DNA from: Thermoanaerobaculia bacterium
GTDB taxonomy: Bacteria > Acidobacteriota > Thermoanaerobaculia > Multivoradales > Multivoraceae
Direction: 5' to 3'
Assembly (NCBI GenBank): GCA_963666565.1
Contig: OY762911.1
Coordinates: 2,728,476-2,792,475 of the forward strand
Length of the DNA stretch: 64,000 nt
A program made the position numbers and the translations under genes. Each line of letters starts with the position of its first letter. Position 1 is the first letter of the stretch. The notes below the pieces were generated by a model. That model did not search any database, was not told the DNA's origin, and saw only the letters and a list, made by a program, of their open reading frames with translations. This document shows, in pieces, positions 47,615 through 58,469 of the stretch.

Positions 47615-47899
47615 TCAGTCCGTTCCGGCTGCCCCTTGCCGGTGCACGAACCAGAGGTTGCGGGAGTAGACGAGGATGCCGAAGCTCTGGCCCAGGATGA
47701 AGACCGGATCCTGCCGCCACACGGCGTAGGTGAAGAGAATCAGGCCGCCGCCCAGGCTCAGGTACCAGAACGCGGTTGGAACGACGCTCTGGCGGTGCCG
47801 TTCCGTGGCGATCCACTGGACGAGGAAGCGGCAGGCGAAGAGGGCCTGTCCGCCAAGCCCGAGGGCTATCCAGAGGTGTTCGGGCGCGATTGCTGGCAT
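47615..47899 (-). CDS. Lipid-A-disaccharide synthase N-terminal-domain (LAB_N) small membrane protein.
   Basis: 94 aa, 3 TM helices, QWIATERHRQSVVPTAFWYLSLGGG motif. Overlaps the upstream GT2 gene by 34 nt. Confidence 0.6.
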   Translation of the reverse strand: MPAIAPEHLWIALGLGGQALFACRFLVQWIATERHRQSVVPTAFWYLSLGGGLILFTYAVWRQDPVFILGQSFGILVYSRNLWFVHRQGAAGTD

Positions 47900-48618
47900 G
47901 GTGGGCTCTCCAGGGCATGGGCGGTGGTGAGGACGGAGCGGCGGCGATACCAGGAGACGCCGAGCAGGTCGAGGACTCCGCGCAGAAAGCGGCCACGGAT
48001 GTTGTACTTGCTCGTGCCGTGCTTGCGGGGCCGGTGTCCGACGGGGATCTCCGCATACGCGCCGCCGTGTCTCAGCGCCAGGACCGGCAGGAAACGGTGA
48101 AGCCCGTCGAAGGGCGGCAGGTCGTCGAGGGCGGCGGTTCGGTAGCCCTTGAGCGCGCAGCCGATGTCGGTGCAGGGGTCGCCGAGGACGAGCCGCCGGA
48201 CGCGGTTCGAGATGCGGCTCGCAAGCCGTCGCAAGAGCGTGTCGATGCGTTTCGCGCGAACGCCCGAGACGACGTCGTGGTCGTCGAGCAGGGCGACGAT
48301 GGCCGGAATGTCGGCGGGTTCGTTCTGCAAGTCGGCGTCCATGGTGACGACCAGGGGCGCCTGGGCGGCGCGGATCCCGGCCAGCAACGCGGCCGACTGG
48401 CCGGAGTGGCGTTCGAGACTCAGAGCGCGCACGGTGGCGTCGCTTGCCGCCAGGGCGGCGAGTTCCTCGCGGCTGCCGTCCGTGCTGCGGTCGTCGACGA
48501 GGATGAACTCGTACCTGAAACCGGCGGCGGCCATCGCCGCGGCGGTCTCGGCGGCCAGTCGTTCCAGGTTGCCCGCCTCGTTGTACACCGGGGCGACGAT
48601 CGAAAGCTGCGGCGGCAT
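47866..48618 (-). CDS. Family 2 glycosyltransferase (polyprenyl-phosphate sugar transferase, ArnC/GtrB/DPM1-like).
   Basis: SIVAPVYNE...LVDDRSTDGS...TMDADLQ motifs. Confidence 0.8.
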   Translation of the reverse strand: MPPQLSIVAPVYNEAGNLERLAAETAAAMAAAGFRYEFILVDDRSTDGSREELAALAASDATVRALSLERHSGQSAALLAGIRAAQAPLVVTMDADLQNEPADIPAIVALLDDHDVVSGVRAKRIDTLLRRLASRISNRVRRLVLGDPCTDIGCALKGYRTAALDDLPPFDGLHRFLPVLALRHGGAYAEIPVGHRPRKHGTSKYNIRGRFLRGVLDLLGVSWYRRRSVLTTAHALESPPCQQSRPNTSG

Positions 48619-48716
48619 GACGGGCTGTTCGGTCCTCGGGGCTTGCGCCGTGGAACGCTACGGCGTGAGTCTACGGCGCAAGCTCCCGGGTGAGGACGGC
48701 GTTGATACCCTCGCCC

Positions 48717-49339
48717 CCGTGCTGCTCATCGTGCGCCACGGCGAGACCGCCGCGAATGCCGCCCGGATCGTCCAGGTGCCGGAAACGCCGCTCAACGAGC
48801 GCGGGACGGCGCAGGCGGAGCGGCTGGCGGGCCGGCTGGCAAGGCACCATCGGCAGCGCCCGATCGGCTGTGTCGTCGCCAGCGACCTGCGCCGGGCGGA
48901 GATGACGGCGGCGCCGGTGGCCGTGGCAGTCGGACTGCCCGTGCTCGTCGAGCCGCTGCTCGCCGAGCGCAACTTCGGCGACCTGCGCGGACGGGCCTAC
49001 GCCGACATCGGCCTCGACATCATGGCGCCCGGCTACTCGCCTCCGGGCGGTGAGGACTGGGATGCGTTCCACCTCCGGGTGGACGAGGCCTGGGCCAGGA
49101 TCCGGCAACTGGCGGAGGAGACGGCGGGCGACAGCGTCTTCGTTACCCACGGCCTGGTCTGCCATTCGCTGGCTCACCGACACCTGCGCCTCGGCGACGG
49201 CATCGAGCCGCCGGCCCGTTGGGGCAACACCTCCGTCACGCAGGTGGAGAGCCGGTCGCCCTGGACGGCGACGCTCGTCAACTGTTGCGAGCACCTCGAT
49301 GCCGCCACCGCGGACGGCGGCCGGATGTCCGGCATCTGA
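48717..49339 (+). CDS. Histidine phosphatase family protein (phosphoglycerate-mutase-like). Start is uncertain.
   Basis: LLIVRHGETAANA catalytic RHG motif. Possible starts are ATG 48617, which overlaps the divergent GT2 start, or GTG 48717. Confidence 0.55.
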
Positions 49340-49481
49340 CCCGGCGCGGGGCCGGCCCGCGCTCTCGGGGCGTGGCGGACGGCTCGGATAAAGTCCGGAA
49401 GTCCCCGCGGGTCTGCGGGAAGAACCCGGGCGGCGTCCGGGTTGTGAGACTTCAGGGAAACGCCCCTGCGGATCGACCGAG

Positions 49482-50549
<1,068 letters not shown>

Positions 50550-50568
50550 AACCGCGCCAGGGGAGCAG

Positions 50569-51501
50569 ATGTTCTTCGCGAGAAGAGAACGGAGCGAGGC
50601 CCCCGAGCAGGAGACGGCGACCCTGTCGCCCGAACTGCTGGCGCGGATCAAGGCCATCCAGATCCGCACCCAGCGCCTGGTGACCGACGCGCTGGCCGGC
50701 GAGTACCACAGCGCCTTCAAGGGACGCGGCATGGAGTTCGAGCAGGTGCGCGAGTACGCGCCCGGCGACGACATCCGCCACATCGACTGGAACGTAACGG
50801 CGCGCATGTCGAGCCCCTTCGTCAAGGAGCACCGCGAGGAGCGCGAACTGACGGTGATGCTGATCGTCGACGTGAGTTCCTCGGGCGCGTTCGGCACTTC
50901 GGGCAAGCAGAAGCGGGAAGTCGTCGCCGAACTGGCCGCGGTGCTCGCCTACCTCGCGATCCAGAACAACGACCGAGTGGGGACGATCGTCTTCTCCGAC
51001 CGGATCGAGCGGTTCATTCCCCCGAAGAAGGGGCGCGCGCACGTCTGGCGCGTCATCCGGGAAGTGCTGAGCTTCCGGCCGGCGGGGCGCGGCACGGACC
51101 TGGACGGCGCGCTCGACTACCTGGGCCGGGTCGTGCGGCGCCGGTCGGTGGGGTTCGTCATCTCGGACTTCCTGGACACGGGCTTCGCGGAGCGCCTGCG
51201 GGTGGCGGCGCGGCGTCACGACCTGACGGCCATCCGCGTACTCGACCGGCGGGAGGCCGGCCTGCCACGGATGGGGCTCGTCGAGCTCGAGGACGCGGAG
51301 ACCGGGCGGACGGCGGTGATCGACACGGCGAACCGGCGGGTCTCGGAGAGTTTCGCCCGGCTGGCCCGGGAGGATATGGAGCGCCGCACGGAGCAGTTTC
51401 GCCAGGCCGGCGTGGGCGAGATCCGGGTCTGGGCCGACCGGCCGTGGATCGAGCCCCTGGTGCGGTACATGAGGGCGCGCGAGCAGTCGGTGCGGGTGTA
51501 G
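50569..51501 (+). CDS. DUF58 protein (vWA-like, MoxR-associated).
   Basis: DUF58 core motif (YAPGDDIRHIDWNVTAR). Confidence 0.75.
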   Translation: MFFARRERSEAPEQETATLSPELLARIKAIQIRTQRLVTDALAGEYHSAFKGRGMEFEQVREYAPGDDIRHIDWNVTARMSSPFVKEHREERELTVMLIVDVSSSGAFGTSGKQKREVVAELAAVLAYLAIQNNDRVGTIVFSDRIERFIPPKKGRAHVWRVIREVLSFRPAGRGTDLDGALDYLGRVVRRRSVGFVISDFLDTGFAERLRVAARRHDLTAIRVLDRREAGLPRMGLVELEDAETGRTAVIDTANRRVSESFARLAREDMERRTEQFRQAGVGEIRVWADRPWIEPLVRYMRAREQSVRV

Positions 51502-51503
51502 GG

Positions 51504-52556
51504 ATGTCGCGTCGGAGCATCGGGCCCGGGGTCGTCGCGGCGCTTGCCGCTGCGACCCTCGTTCTGGGCTGCGCCGCCGGCCAGCCGCCCGGCGAGGCCG
51601 AAGCGGGGCCGCCGGCCGAACTCCGGGCCTCGGTCGACCGCGCCGTCGCCACCACGGGCGACCTGATCGTCTACACCGTGGAAGTCGAGCGCCACCCGGA
51701 GGTGGAAGTGGCGCTGAACGAGCCGGGCACCGACATCGCCGGCTTCCGCATCGTCGATCTCGGCCGGGCGCCCGCCGAGACCCTGCCTTCCGGCCGGATC
51801 CTCGAACGGCGCTGGTACGAGCTCCGGGCCGACCTCGTCGGCGCCTACGTCCTGCCGTCGCCGACGGCGACGTACGCCGGGCCGTCCGGCGACGGCGGCG
51901 ACCTGGAGGCGGCGGAGATCTCCGTCGAGGTCGAGTCCGTTCTGCCGGGCGACGGCAGCGAAGCGACGGACATTCGCGACATCAAGCCGCTCCGCCGACT
52001 CGACGCCGCCGCGTCGTGGCTGCTGTGGACGGGCCTGGCGCTGGCCGTCGCGCTCGTGGCGCTGGCGGCGTGGTGGTGGCGGCGCCGTCGCCGGCAGGAT
52101 GGCGGCGCGCCGGAAGCGCCGCAGATCCCGCCCTGGGACCTGGCGATCCGGGAGCTGGAGCGGTTGCGCCGCACGGATTTCTCCAACCTGCGGGAGCTCC
52201 GGCGCTACTACTTCGCCGTGTCGTCCGTGGTCAGGGCCTACGTCGAGGGCCGCTTCGGGCTGAACGCGACCGACCTGACGACGGAGGAGATCCTGGGCCG
52301 TCTGGGAGAGGTGGCGCGGCTCGAGCCGCCGCAGGCGAAGCGTCTGCAGCGGTTCCTCGTCGCTACCGACCGGGTCAAGTTCGCGGCCCACCTGCCGGCT
52401 TCCGAGGAGATCGAACGCACGTACGAGCAGGCCCTGGGCTTCGTCGAGGCGACCCGGCCCCGGGATGACGCGGAGGACGCGGAAGGAGAAGGCGAGAACG
52501 CGGAAGGCGGCGACGGTCCGGCGGCCGCCGCCGGCCGGACGGGGAAGGCGGCATGA
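51504..52556 (+). CDS. Bat-operon lipoprotein / membrane protein (DUF4381-like), with one internal TM helix.
   Basis: Lipobox LVLGCAAG. TM WLLWTGLALAVALVALAAWWW followed by RRRRRQ. Sits between DUF58 and the first VWA gene. Confidence 0.5.
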   Translation: MSRRSIGPGVVAALAAATLVLGCAAGQPPGEAEAGPPAELRASVDRAVATTGDLIVYTVEVERHPEVEVALNEPGTDIAGFRIVDLGRAPAETLPSGRILERRWYELRADLVGAYVLPSPTATYAGPSGDGGDLEAAEISVEVESVLPGDGSEATDIRDIKPLRRLDAAASWLLWTGLALAVALVALAAWWWRRRRRQDGGAPEAPQIPPWDLAIRELERLRRTDFSNLRELRRYYFAVSSVVRAYVEGRFGLNATDLTTEEILGRLGEVARLEPPQAKRLQRFLVATDRVKFAAHLPASEEIERTYEQALGFVEATRPRDDAEDAEGEGENAEGGDGPAAAAGRTGKAA

Positions 52557-53629
52557 CGGAACAGCTCGTCTTCGCCGACGCGCGCTGGCTCTGGGCGCTG
52601 CTGCCGCTGTACGCGGTCTGGGCGCTCCTGTGGTGGCTGGGGCCGCGCCTGCGCCGGTTCGTCACGGCGCGGCGGGGCGCCCGCGACGAGCGGGCCGGCG
52701 GCGACGCGGCGGCGGTGGCCTACTCCTCGCTCGCCCATGTCTTGCGGACCCCGCGCTCCGGCGCGCTGACGGCGCGGCGGGTGATCTCGGCCCTGCGGCT
52801 CGTCGTCGTCGCCCTCGTCCTGCTCGCCGCGATGCGGCCGCAGACCGGGCGCGCGTTGACCGAGGTGACCACCGAAGGCATCGACATCGTGCTCGTGATC
52901 GACACGTCCGGCTCGATGCGCGCGCTCGACCTGGACGCGCACGAGCGCTCGCTGAGCCGGCGGCGGGACCGGCTGGAGGTTGCGAAGGGCGTCGTCGAGA
53001 CGTTCATCGCCGCCCGGCCCAACGATCGCATCGGCCTGGTCGTGTTCGGCGAGGAGGCCTTCACCCAGTGTCCGCTGACGCTCGATCACGGGGTCGCGGC
53101 CACCTTCCTCGATCAACTGGAGATCGGCATGGCGGGCGATGCCACGGCGATCGGATCGGCGGTCGGCGTCGCCGCCAAGCGCCTGAAGGACTCGGACGCC
53201 GAGTCGAAGGTGGCGATCCTGCTGACGGACGGCCGGAGCAACGCCGGCGCCCTCTCGCCGTTGCGCGCGGCGGAAGCGGCGGCGGCGCTGGGGGTCAGGC
53301 TCTACGCGATCGGCGTCGGCACGCGGGGCCAGGCGCCCTTCGTGGTGGAGTCCGCGTTCGGTCCGCGCGTCGTCTACCAGGACGTGGAGATCGACGAGGA
53401 GGCGCTGCGCCGGATGGCGGACGTCACGGGCGGCGCCTACTACCGCGCCGAGGACGAGGCGGGCCTGGAGCAGATCTACGAGCGGATCGACGAGCTCGAG
53501 AAGACGGAGATCAGCCAGGAGTCCTACATGGAGTACGAGGAGCGGTTCGCCTGGCTGGTGGCGCCGGCCGTGTTGCTGCTGCTGCTCGAGGTCGTGCTGC
53601 TCGATACCCGCCTGAGGAAGCTGCCGTGA
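52553..53629 (+). CDS. batA: VWA-domain membrane protein BatA.
   Basis: N-terminal TM helices. MIDAS motif DTSGSM. Confidence 0.75.
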   Translation: MTEQLVFADARWLWALLPLYAVWALLWWLGPRLRRFVTARRGARDERAGGDAAAVAYSSLAHVLRTPRSGALTARRVISALRLVVVALVLLAAMRPQTGRALTEVTTEGIDIVLVIDTSGSMRALDLDAHERSLSRRRDRLEVAKGVVETFIAARPNDRIGLVVFGEEAFTQCPLTLDHGVAATFLDQLEIGMAGDATAIGSAVGVAAKRLKDSDAESKVAILLTDGRSNAGALSPLRAAEAAAALGVRLYAIGVGTRGQAPFVVESAFGPRVVYQDVEIDEEALRRMADVTGGAYYRAEDEAGLEQIYERIDELEKTEISQESYMEYEERFAWLVAPAVLLLLLEVVLLDTRLRKLP

Positions 53630-54795
53630 CCGGCTGGCACGCACGCCGGGACGACGGGTCGGGCGGCGCCGGCCCGCGCCGCCGCCGGGAAGTGCTGGCG
53701 CTGGTGCCGGTCCTGCTGTTCGTCGCCGGCTGCGAGGTACGCACGGGCCGGCCGGACGCGCTCTGGCTGCTGTGGCTCGGCCCGGCGCTGCTGCTGTTCT
53801 ACGTCTACGCCTTTCGCGCCCGCGCGCGCCTGCTGGGCCGCTTCGCCTCCCGCGAGATGCTGCCGGGGCTGACCGCCGGCGTCAGCCGGCCGAGACGGCG
53901 GCTGAAGGCGTTCCTCGTGCTGGTCGCGGTGCTGGCGCTGGTCGCTTCGCTCGCCCAGCCGCGTTGGGGCTTCGTGTGGGAGGAGATCCACCGCGAGGGC
54001 GTCGACATCGTCGTCGCTCTCGACGTCTCGGACTCCATGCTCGTCCGCGACGCGGAGGCGGGCGGCGAACTGAGCCGTCTCGAACGGGCCAGACGCGAAA
54101 TCGCCGACCTGCTGCAGCGGCTGGAGGGCGACCGAATCGCCCTGGTCGCCTTCGCCGGCAGCGCTTTCCTGGAACTGCCCCTGACCCTGGACTACTCGGC
54201 CGCTGCGCTGTTTCTGGAGGCGATGGCGCCGGACCTGATCCCGGTCAAGGGCACGGCGATCGGAGAGGCGCTCCGCGTCTCGCTCGAGGCGTTCGACCGG
54301 GTGGCCCGGACGGGATCGCGCAAGTCGCGGGCGATCATCCTGATTACCGACGGCGAGGATCACCTGGGCGAGGCGCAGGAGGCCGCCGAGGCCGCGGCCG
54401 AGGCGGGGGTGCGCATCTTTGCGATCGGCATCGGACGGGACGAGGGCGCGCCCATTCCCAGGGAGGGAGGCGGCTTCCGCACCGACCGTCGGGGCGAGAT
54501 CGTCCTGAGCCGGCTCGACGAAGCGGCGTTGCAGCGGATCGCCCTGACCTCGGGCGGCCGTTACGTCCGCTCGGTCACCGGCGACGTGGACCTCGAGCAG
54601 ATCTACGCCCAGGGCATCAAGGCGCAGTTGGAGGACCAGGAGCTGGGCTCGAGCCGCCAGCAGCGCTGGGAGGAGCGGTTCCAGTGGCTGCTGGTCGTGG
54701 CGCTCGCGGCGCTGATGCTGGAGCCGCTGATCGGCGAGCGCCTGGGCCGCCGTGGCCCCGGCCGGGAGGGAAGGGACCATGCCGCGGCCGCGTGA
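53626..54795 (+). CDS. batB: VWA-domain protein BatB.
   Basis: GTG start overlapping the batA stop (GTGA). MIDAS DVSDSM. Confidence 0.7.
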   Translation: MTGWHARRDDGSGGAGPRRRREVLALVPVLLFVAGCEVRTGRPDALWLLWLGPALLLFYVYAFRARARLLGRFASREMLPGLTAGVSRPRRRLKAFLVLVAVLALVASLAQPRWGFVWEEIHREGVDIVVALDVSDSMLVRDAEAGGELSRLERARREIADLLQRLEGDRIALVAFAGSAFLELPLTLDYSAAALFLEAMAPDLIPVKGTAIGEALRVSLEAFDRVARTGSRKSRAIILITDGEDHLGEAQEAAEAAAEAGVRIFAIGIGRDEGAPIPREGGGFRTDRRGEIVLSRLDEAALQRIALTSGGRYVRSVTGDVDLEQIYAQGIKAQLEDQELGSSRQQRWEERFQWLLVVALAALMLEPLIGERLGRRGPGREGRDHAAAA

Positions 54796-55756
54796 GGCGG
54801 CGAGTCGGCGTCGGCGCCGGGGCCCTGGCGCAGCCTGGCTGCCGGGACTTGGGTTGCTCCTCCTTCCGGTTGCCGTTGCGTCGCAGGCGCCGGAGGAGGC
54901 GCCGCCTCCTGGCTCCGCGAACGGCGAGGCGGATGCCGGCCAGAGAGCCGGCGCACCGACAGGCGAGGCGGAAACTCCGGAGAGTCCCCCGGTCGAGTAC
55001 TCGTCCCCCTACGCCGCCTGGGACGCCGGCGCCTACGACCAGGCCCTGCGGGGATTCGCGGACCGGCAGACCCGGCGGCCGGACGACCCGGAACTGAACC
55101 TGAACGTCGGCGCGGCCCACTACAAGCTGGAGGACTTCGAGGCGGCGGCCGGCGAGTTCTACCGGGCGGCGGCGATCGGCGACGACGAGCTGCGCGCCCA
55201 GGCGCTCTACAACCTGGGGAACAGCGCCTACCGTCAGGGCAAGCTGAAAGACGCAGTCGACTTCTACAGGTCGTCCCTCGAGGCGAACCCCGACGATCTC
55301 GACGCGAAGTTCAACCTGGAGTTCGTGCGGGAGGAGATGACGCAGCGCCAGCAGCAGAACCAGGGCGGCCAGGACCAGGAGCAGAACCAGGACCAGCAGC
55401 AGGACCAGGGCCAGGAACAGGGAGAGAGCGGGCAGCAGCAGGACGATGCCGATCGGGGGCAGGCAGAGCAGCCCTCCGACGAGCAGCAGGAGCAGGGCGA
55501 CCAGGGCCGGGACGAACAGCCGCAAGGCGGCGAGGGTCCGCAGGACAGTGAGGGAGACGACGTACCGGACGCGGCGGATCCCGACTCGCCGGCCGACGGG
55601 CCGGAGAGCGACGACCGGGGCGGCCCCGGGGAGCTGCCTCCGGGCATGACGCCGGAGGAGGCCGAGCGCTACCTGCAGGCGCTGGAAGAGGGGCGGCCGG
55701 ACCCGACGCGGCGCGGGCAGCGCGGTCGCCGGAGCCGTCAGGCGAAGGACTGGTAG
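54779..55756 (+). CDS. batC: TPR-repeat protein BatC with a Q/E/D-rich low-complexity tail.
   Basis: TPR-like repeats (AAHYKLEDFEAAAGEFYRAAA, LYNLGNSAYRQGKLKDAVDFYRSSLEANP), then QQQNQGGQDQEQNQDQQQDQGQEQGESGQQQDD... Confidence 0.65.
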   Translation: MPRPREAASRRRRRGPGAAWLPGLGLLLLPVAVASQAPEEAPPPGSANGEADAGQRAGAPTGEAETPESPPVEYSSPYAAWDAGAYDQALRGFADRQTRRPDDPELNLNVGAAHYKLEDFEAAAGEFYRAAAIGDDELRAQALYNLGNSAYRQGKLKDAVDFYRSSLEANPDDLDAKFNLEFVREEMTQRQQQNQGGQDQEQNQDQQQDQGQEQGESGQQQDDADRGQAEQPSDEQQEQGDQGRDEQPQGGEGPQDSEGDDVPDAADPDSPADGPESDDRGGPGELPPGMTPEEAERYLQALEEGRPDPTRRGQRGRRSRQAKDW

Positions 55757-55760
55757 CGCG

Positions 55761-57590
55761 ATGGAACGCCGGATGCGAGGGTCACGCCTTGCCCGCGGGC
55801 GCGGGATCGCTGCTGTGGCAGCCTTGCTTCCGCTGCTGGGAGCGGTCGCGGCGAACGCGCAGCAGCCGGACCCGATCCAGGTCACCGTCGACCGCAACCA
55901 GGTCGCGCTGGGCGATCAGATCTACCTGACGATCCGGATCGAGGGATCGCCCGACGCGCCGCCGAGGCTGCCCGAGCTGCCGGACTTCCGGGTCGTGTCG
56001 CGCGGCCAGCACCGCAGCACGCAGATCGAGAACTTCCGGGTCAGCAACAGCACGTCGTACAACTACCTGCTGATCCCTACCCGGGCCGGCGCCTTCGAGA
56101 TCGGTCCGGCGGTCGCCACGATCGACGGCGCCGAGGTCCGGAGCCGGCCGTTCACGATCCAGGTCGCCTCCGCCGAGGAACGGGACGACGAGCAGAACCG
56201 GGACCTCTTCGTCGTCGCGACCGTGTCGACGGATCGGCCGTGGCAGGGGCAGCAGGTCGTCTACACCTGGCGCTTCTACAGCCGGGTGCCGGTGGGTCAG
56301 GGGTCCATCGAGTCGATGGAGTTCGGCAACGACGTCGTGGCCGAGGATCTGGGCGAGGTGCGCCAGTTCTCGACCCTGATCGACGGCGTCCAGTACTCGG
56401 TGAACGAGGTCCGCAAGGCGCTCTTTCCTCAGCGTCCGGGCGAGATCGTCCTGCCGCAGACCCAGCTCCGGGTGGAGGTGCAGGGCGAGGCGCCGCGCCG
56501 GCCGAGCCGGGTGCGCAGCATCTTCGACGACTTCGACAGTCTGCTCGGAACGGGAGGCCGCTGGACGACGAAGTACCTGCTCACGGAGCCCCTGACGCTT
56601 GCCGTGCGGCCGCTGCCGCCGCCTCCCGACGGTTGGAACGGCCTCGTCGGCGAGTTCGCCATCCGGGCGGAGCTTCGCCGGCGCGAGCTGCAGGTGGGGC
56701 AGTCGGCCACGCTGGAGGTCGAGGTCGGCGGCGCCGGCAACGTGCAGCTCCTGTCCGAGCCCGGCTTCCCGGAAATGCCGGCGTTCAAGGTCTATCCGGA
56801 CCAGCCGGACGCGAGCATCGACCGCACGGGCCGGCTGCTCGCCGGACGCAAGGTGTTCCGGCGGGCGCTGGTGCCGCTGGTGGCCGGCCCCCTCGACGTC
56901 CCGCCGATCGATCTCGTCTACTTCGATCCCGAGCTCGGCGAGTACGCGACCCGGTCGACGGACCGCATCGACCTGGAGGTCGCACCGGCGGAGGGCGAAG
57001 AGGAACTCATGCTGACCGAGTCTCTCGCGCCGACCACCGGCAAGGTCGCGGTGAGAATCCTCGCCGACGACATCCTGCCGATTCGACGCGCCGCGGCGGG
57101 CATCGTCTCGGCGGCGCCGGAGGGCTGGCGCCAGTGGGCCTGGATCGCCTGCGGCGTGGCGCCGCCCCTCGCGTACCTCGCCTTGTTGGCGCACTACCGG
57201 CGGGAACGCCGCTACGCCGCCGACAGCACGCTGCGGCGGCGCCAGCGGGCGCTGCGAGGCGCTCTGTCCGCCGCGAGGGGGCTCCGTTCCGGTACGGGAC
57301 CGGCCGCCGCGGCGGAGGCCTCCCGGATCGTGCGCCGCTACGTCGGCGACAAGCTGGGTCTCGAGGGCGCCGCCCTGACGCCGCCGGAGGCGGAGGCCGC
57401 GATGATCCGGGCCGGCGTGAATGCGGACCTCGCGGCGCGCTGCCGGTCGCAGCTCGAGCAGCTCGAAGCCGCGCAGTACGGATGGGCGCCGGTGGCGGGC
57501 GCCGGCGGCCTGGCGGCGGAGAGCAGCACCGAAAGCCTGAACGATCTGATCAGGAGCCTCGACAGGCAGCTCCGGAGACGGAGGACATGA
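55761..57590 (+). CDS. batD: BatD oxygen-tolerance protein.
   Basis: 609 aa. Signal peptide. C-terminal TM segment WAWIACGVAPPLAYLALLAHYRRERR. Confidence 0.65.
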   Translation: MERRMRGSRLARGRGIAAVAALLPLLGAVAANAQQPDPIQVTVDRNQVALGDQIYLTIRIEGSPDAPPRLPELPDFRVVSRGQHRSTQIENFRVSNSTSYNYLLIPTRAGAFEIGPAVATIDGAEVRSRPFTIQVASAEERDDEQNRDLFVVATVSTDRPWQGQQVVYTWRFYSRVPVGQGSIESMEFGNDVVAEDLGEVRQFSTLIDGVQYSVNEVRKALFPQRPGEIVLPQTQLRVEVQGEAPRRPSRVRSIFDDFDSLLGTGGRWTTKYLLTEPLTLAVRPLPPPPDGWNGLVGEFAIRAELRRRELQVGQSATLEVEVGGAGNVQLLSEPGFPEMPAFKVYPDQPDASIDRTGRLLAGRKVFRRALVPLVAGPLDVPPIDLVYFDPELGEYATRSTDRIDLEVAPAEGEEELMLTESLAPTTGKVAVRILADDILPIRRAAAGIVSAAPEGWRQWAWIACGVAPPLAYLALLAHYRRERRYAADSTLRRRQRALRGALSAARGLRSGTGPAAAAEASRIVRRYVGDKLGLEGAALTPPEAEAAMIRAGVNADLAARCRSQLEQLEAAQYGWAPVAGAGGLAAESSTESLNDLIRSLDRQLRRRRT

Positions 57591-58393
57591 GACGCGCCGC
57601 GCTCTTCGTCGCGTTCGGCGCGGCCGCGGCCTTCCCGGCGCTGCCCCAGGACGAGGAGGCGCCCGCGTTCGGCCAGGTTCAGGCGGTCGACGGCGCCCCG
57701 GCGGCCCCGGAGCCGGCCGAACTCTGGGTGAACGGCAACGCCGCCTACGAGGCGGGCGACTTCGAGCGGGCGGTCGCCCTCTACGGCGCGATGCGCGAGA
57801 TGGGGGTCGACAACGGCCACCTGCATTACAACCTGGGCAACGCCTACCTGCGCGCCGGCGAACTGGGGCGCTCGATCGCCTCCTACCGCCGCTCGCTGAG
57901 GCTCCTGCCGCGCGACGAAGACGCCGCCGCGAACCTGGCCTTCGCCCGCCGGAGCGCGCGGGACGAGATCGCGCCGCCGGCGCCGCCCGCGCTCGTCCGC
58001 ACCGTGCTGTTCTGGCACTACGGCCTGGCGCCGGCCGAGGTCCTGAGAAGCGCGGCGCTGGCCGGTCTCGGCTTCTGGATCGTGCTCGCGCTCCGGCTCT
58101 ACCGGCCGGCGTCCGAGGTGCTTCGCTGGTCCGCCGTCTGCCTGCTGGCGGTCGGTCTTGCGCTGGGCGGCTCGCTCGTGGCGCACGCCGCCTTCAGCTC
58201 TCCGGTCGCCGTCGTCCTGCCGCAGGAGATCGATCTCCACGCCGCGGCCGGCGAAGGCTCGGTGGTCCGGTTCCGGCTTCACGCCGGCACCGAGGTCCGG
58301 GTCGTCGAGCGGCGTCCCGAATGGACCCGGATCGAGTTGCCCGAAGGGCAGCGGGGCTGGTCGAAGCGGGAGTACCTGGAGATCGTCGAGTAG
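57587..58393 (+). CDS. batE: BatE-like TPR plus SH3b-domain protein.
   Basis: ATGA overlap with batD. TPR-like repeats (HYNLGNAYLRAGELGRSIASYRRSL). TM segments. C-terminal SH3b-like region (GWSKREYLEIV). Confidence 0.6.
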   Translation: MRRAALFVAFGAAAAFPALPQDEEAPAFGQVQAVDGAPAAPEPAELWVNGNAAYEAGDFERAVALYGAMREMGVDNGHLHYNLGNAYLRAGELGRSIASYRRSLRLLPRDEDAAANLAFARRSARDEIAPPAPPALVRTVLFWHYGLAPAEVLRSAALAGLGFWIVLALRLYRPASEVLRWSAVCLLAVGLALGGSLVAHAAFSSPVAVVLPQEIDLHAAAGEGSVVRFRLHAGTEVRVVERRPEWTRIELPEGQRGWSKREYLEIVE

Positions 58394-58469
58394 CCCGCCG
58401 TTCCGCGGGCGCCGTGCCCGGCGCCGCGTCAGCTTGCCCGGATTCGGCTCGAAGCCCTGCTCTCCGGAG

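Noticed and set aside
44015-47700. 1137-aa minus-strand ORF and 1116-aa plus-strand alternate-frame ORF.
   Set aside because: Both overlap the TonB-dependent-receptor-like gene, which has a signal peptide, a CarbopepD domain and a C-terminal barrel motif. Their composition is junk-like.
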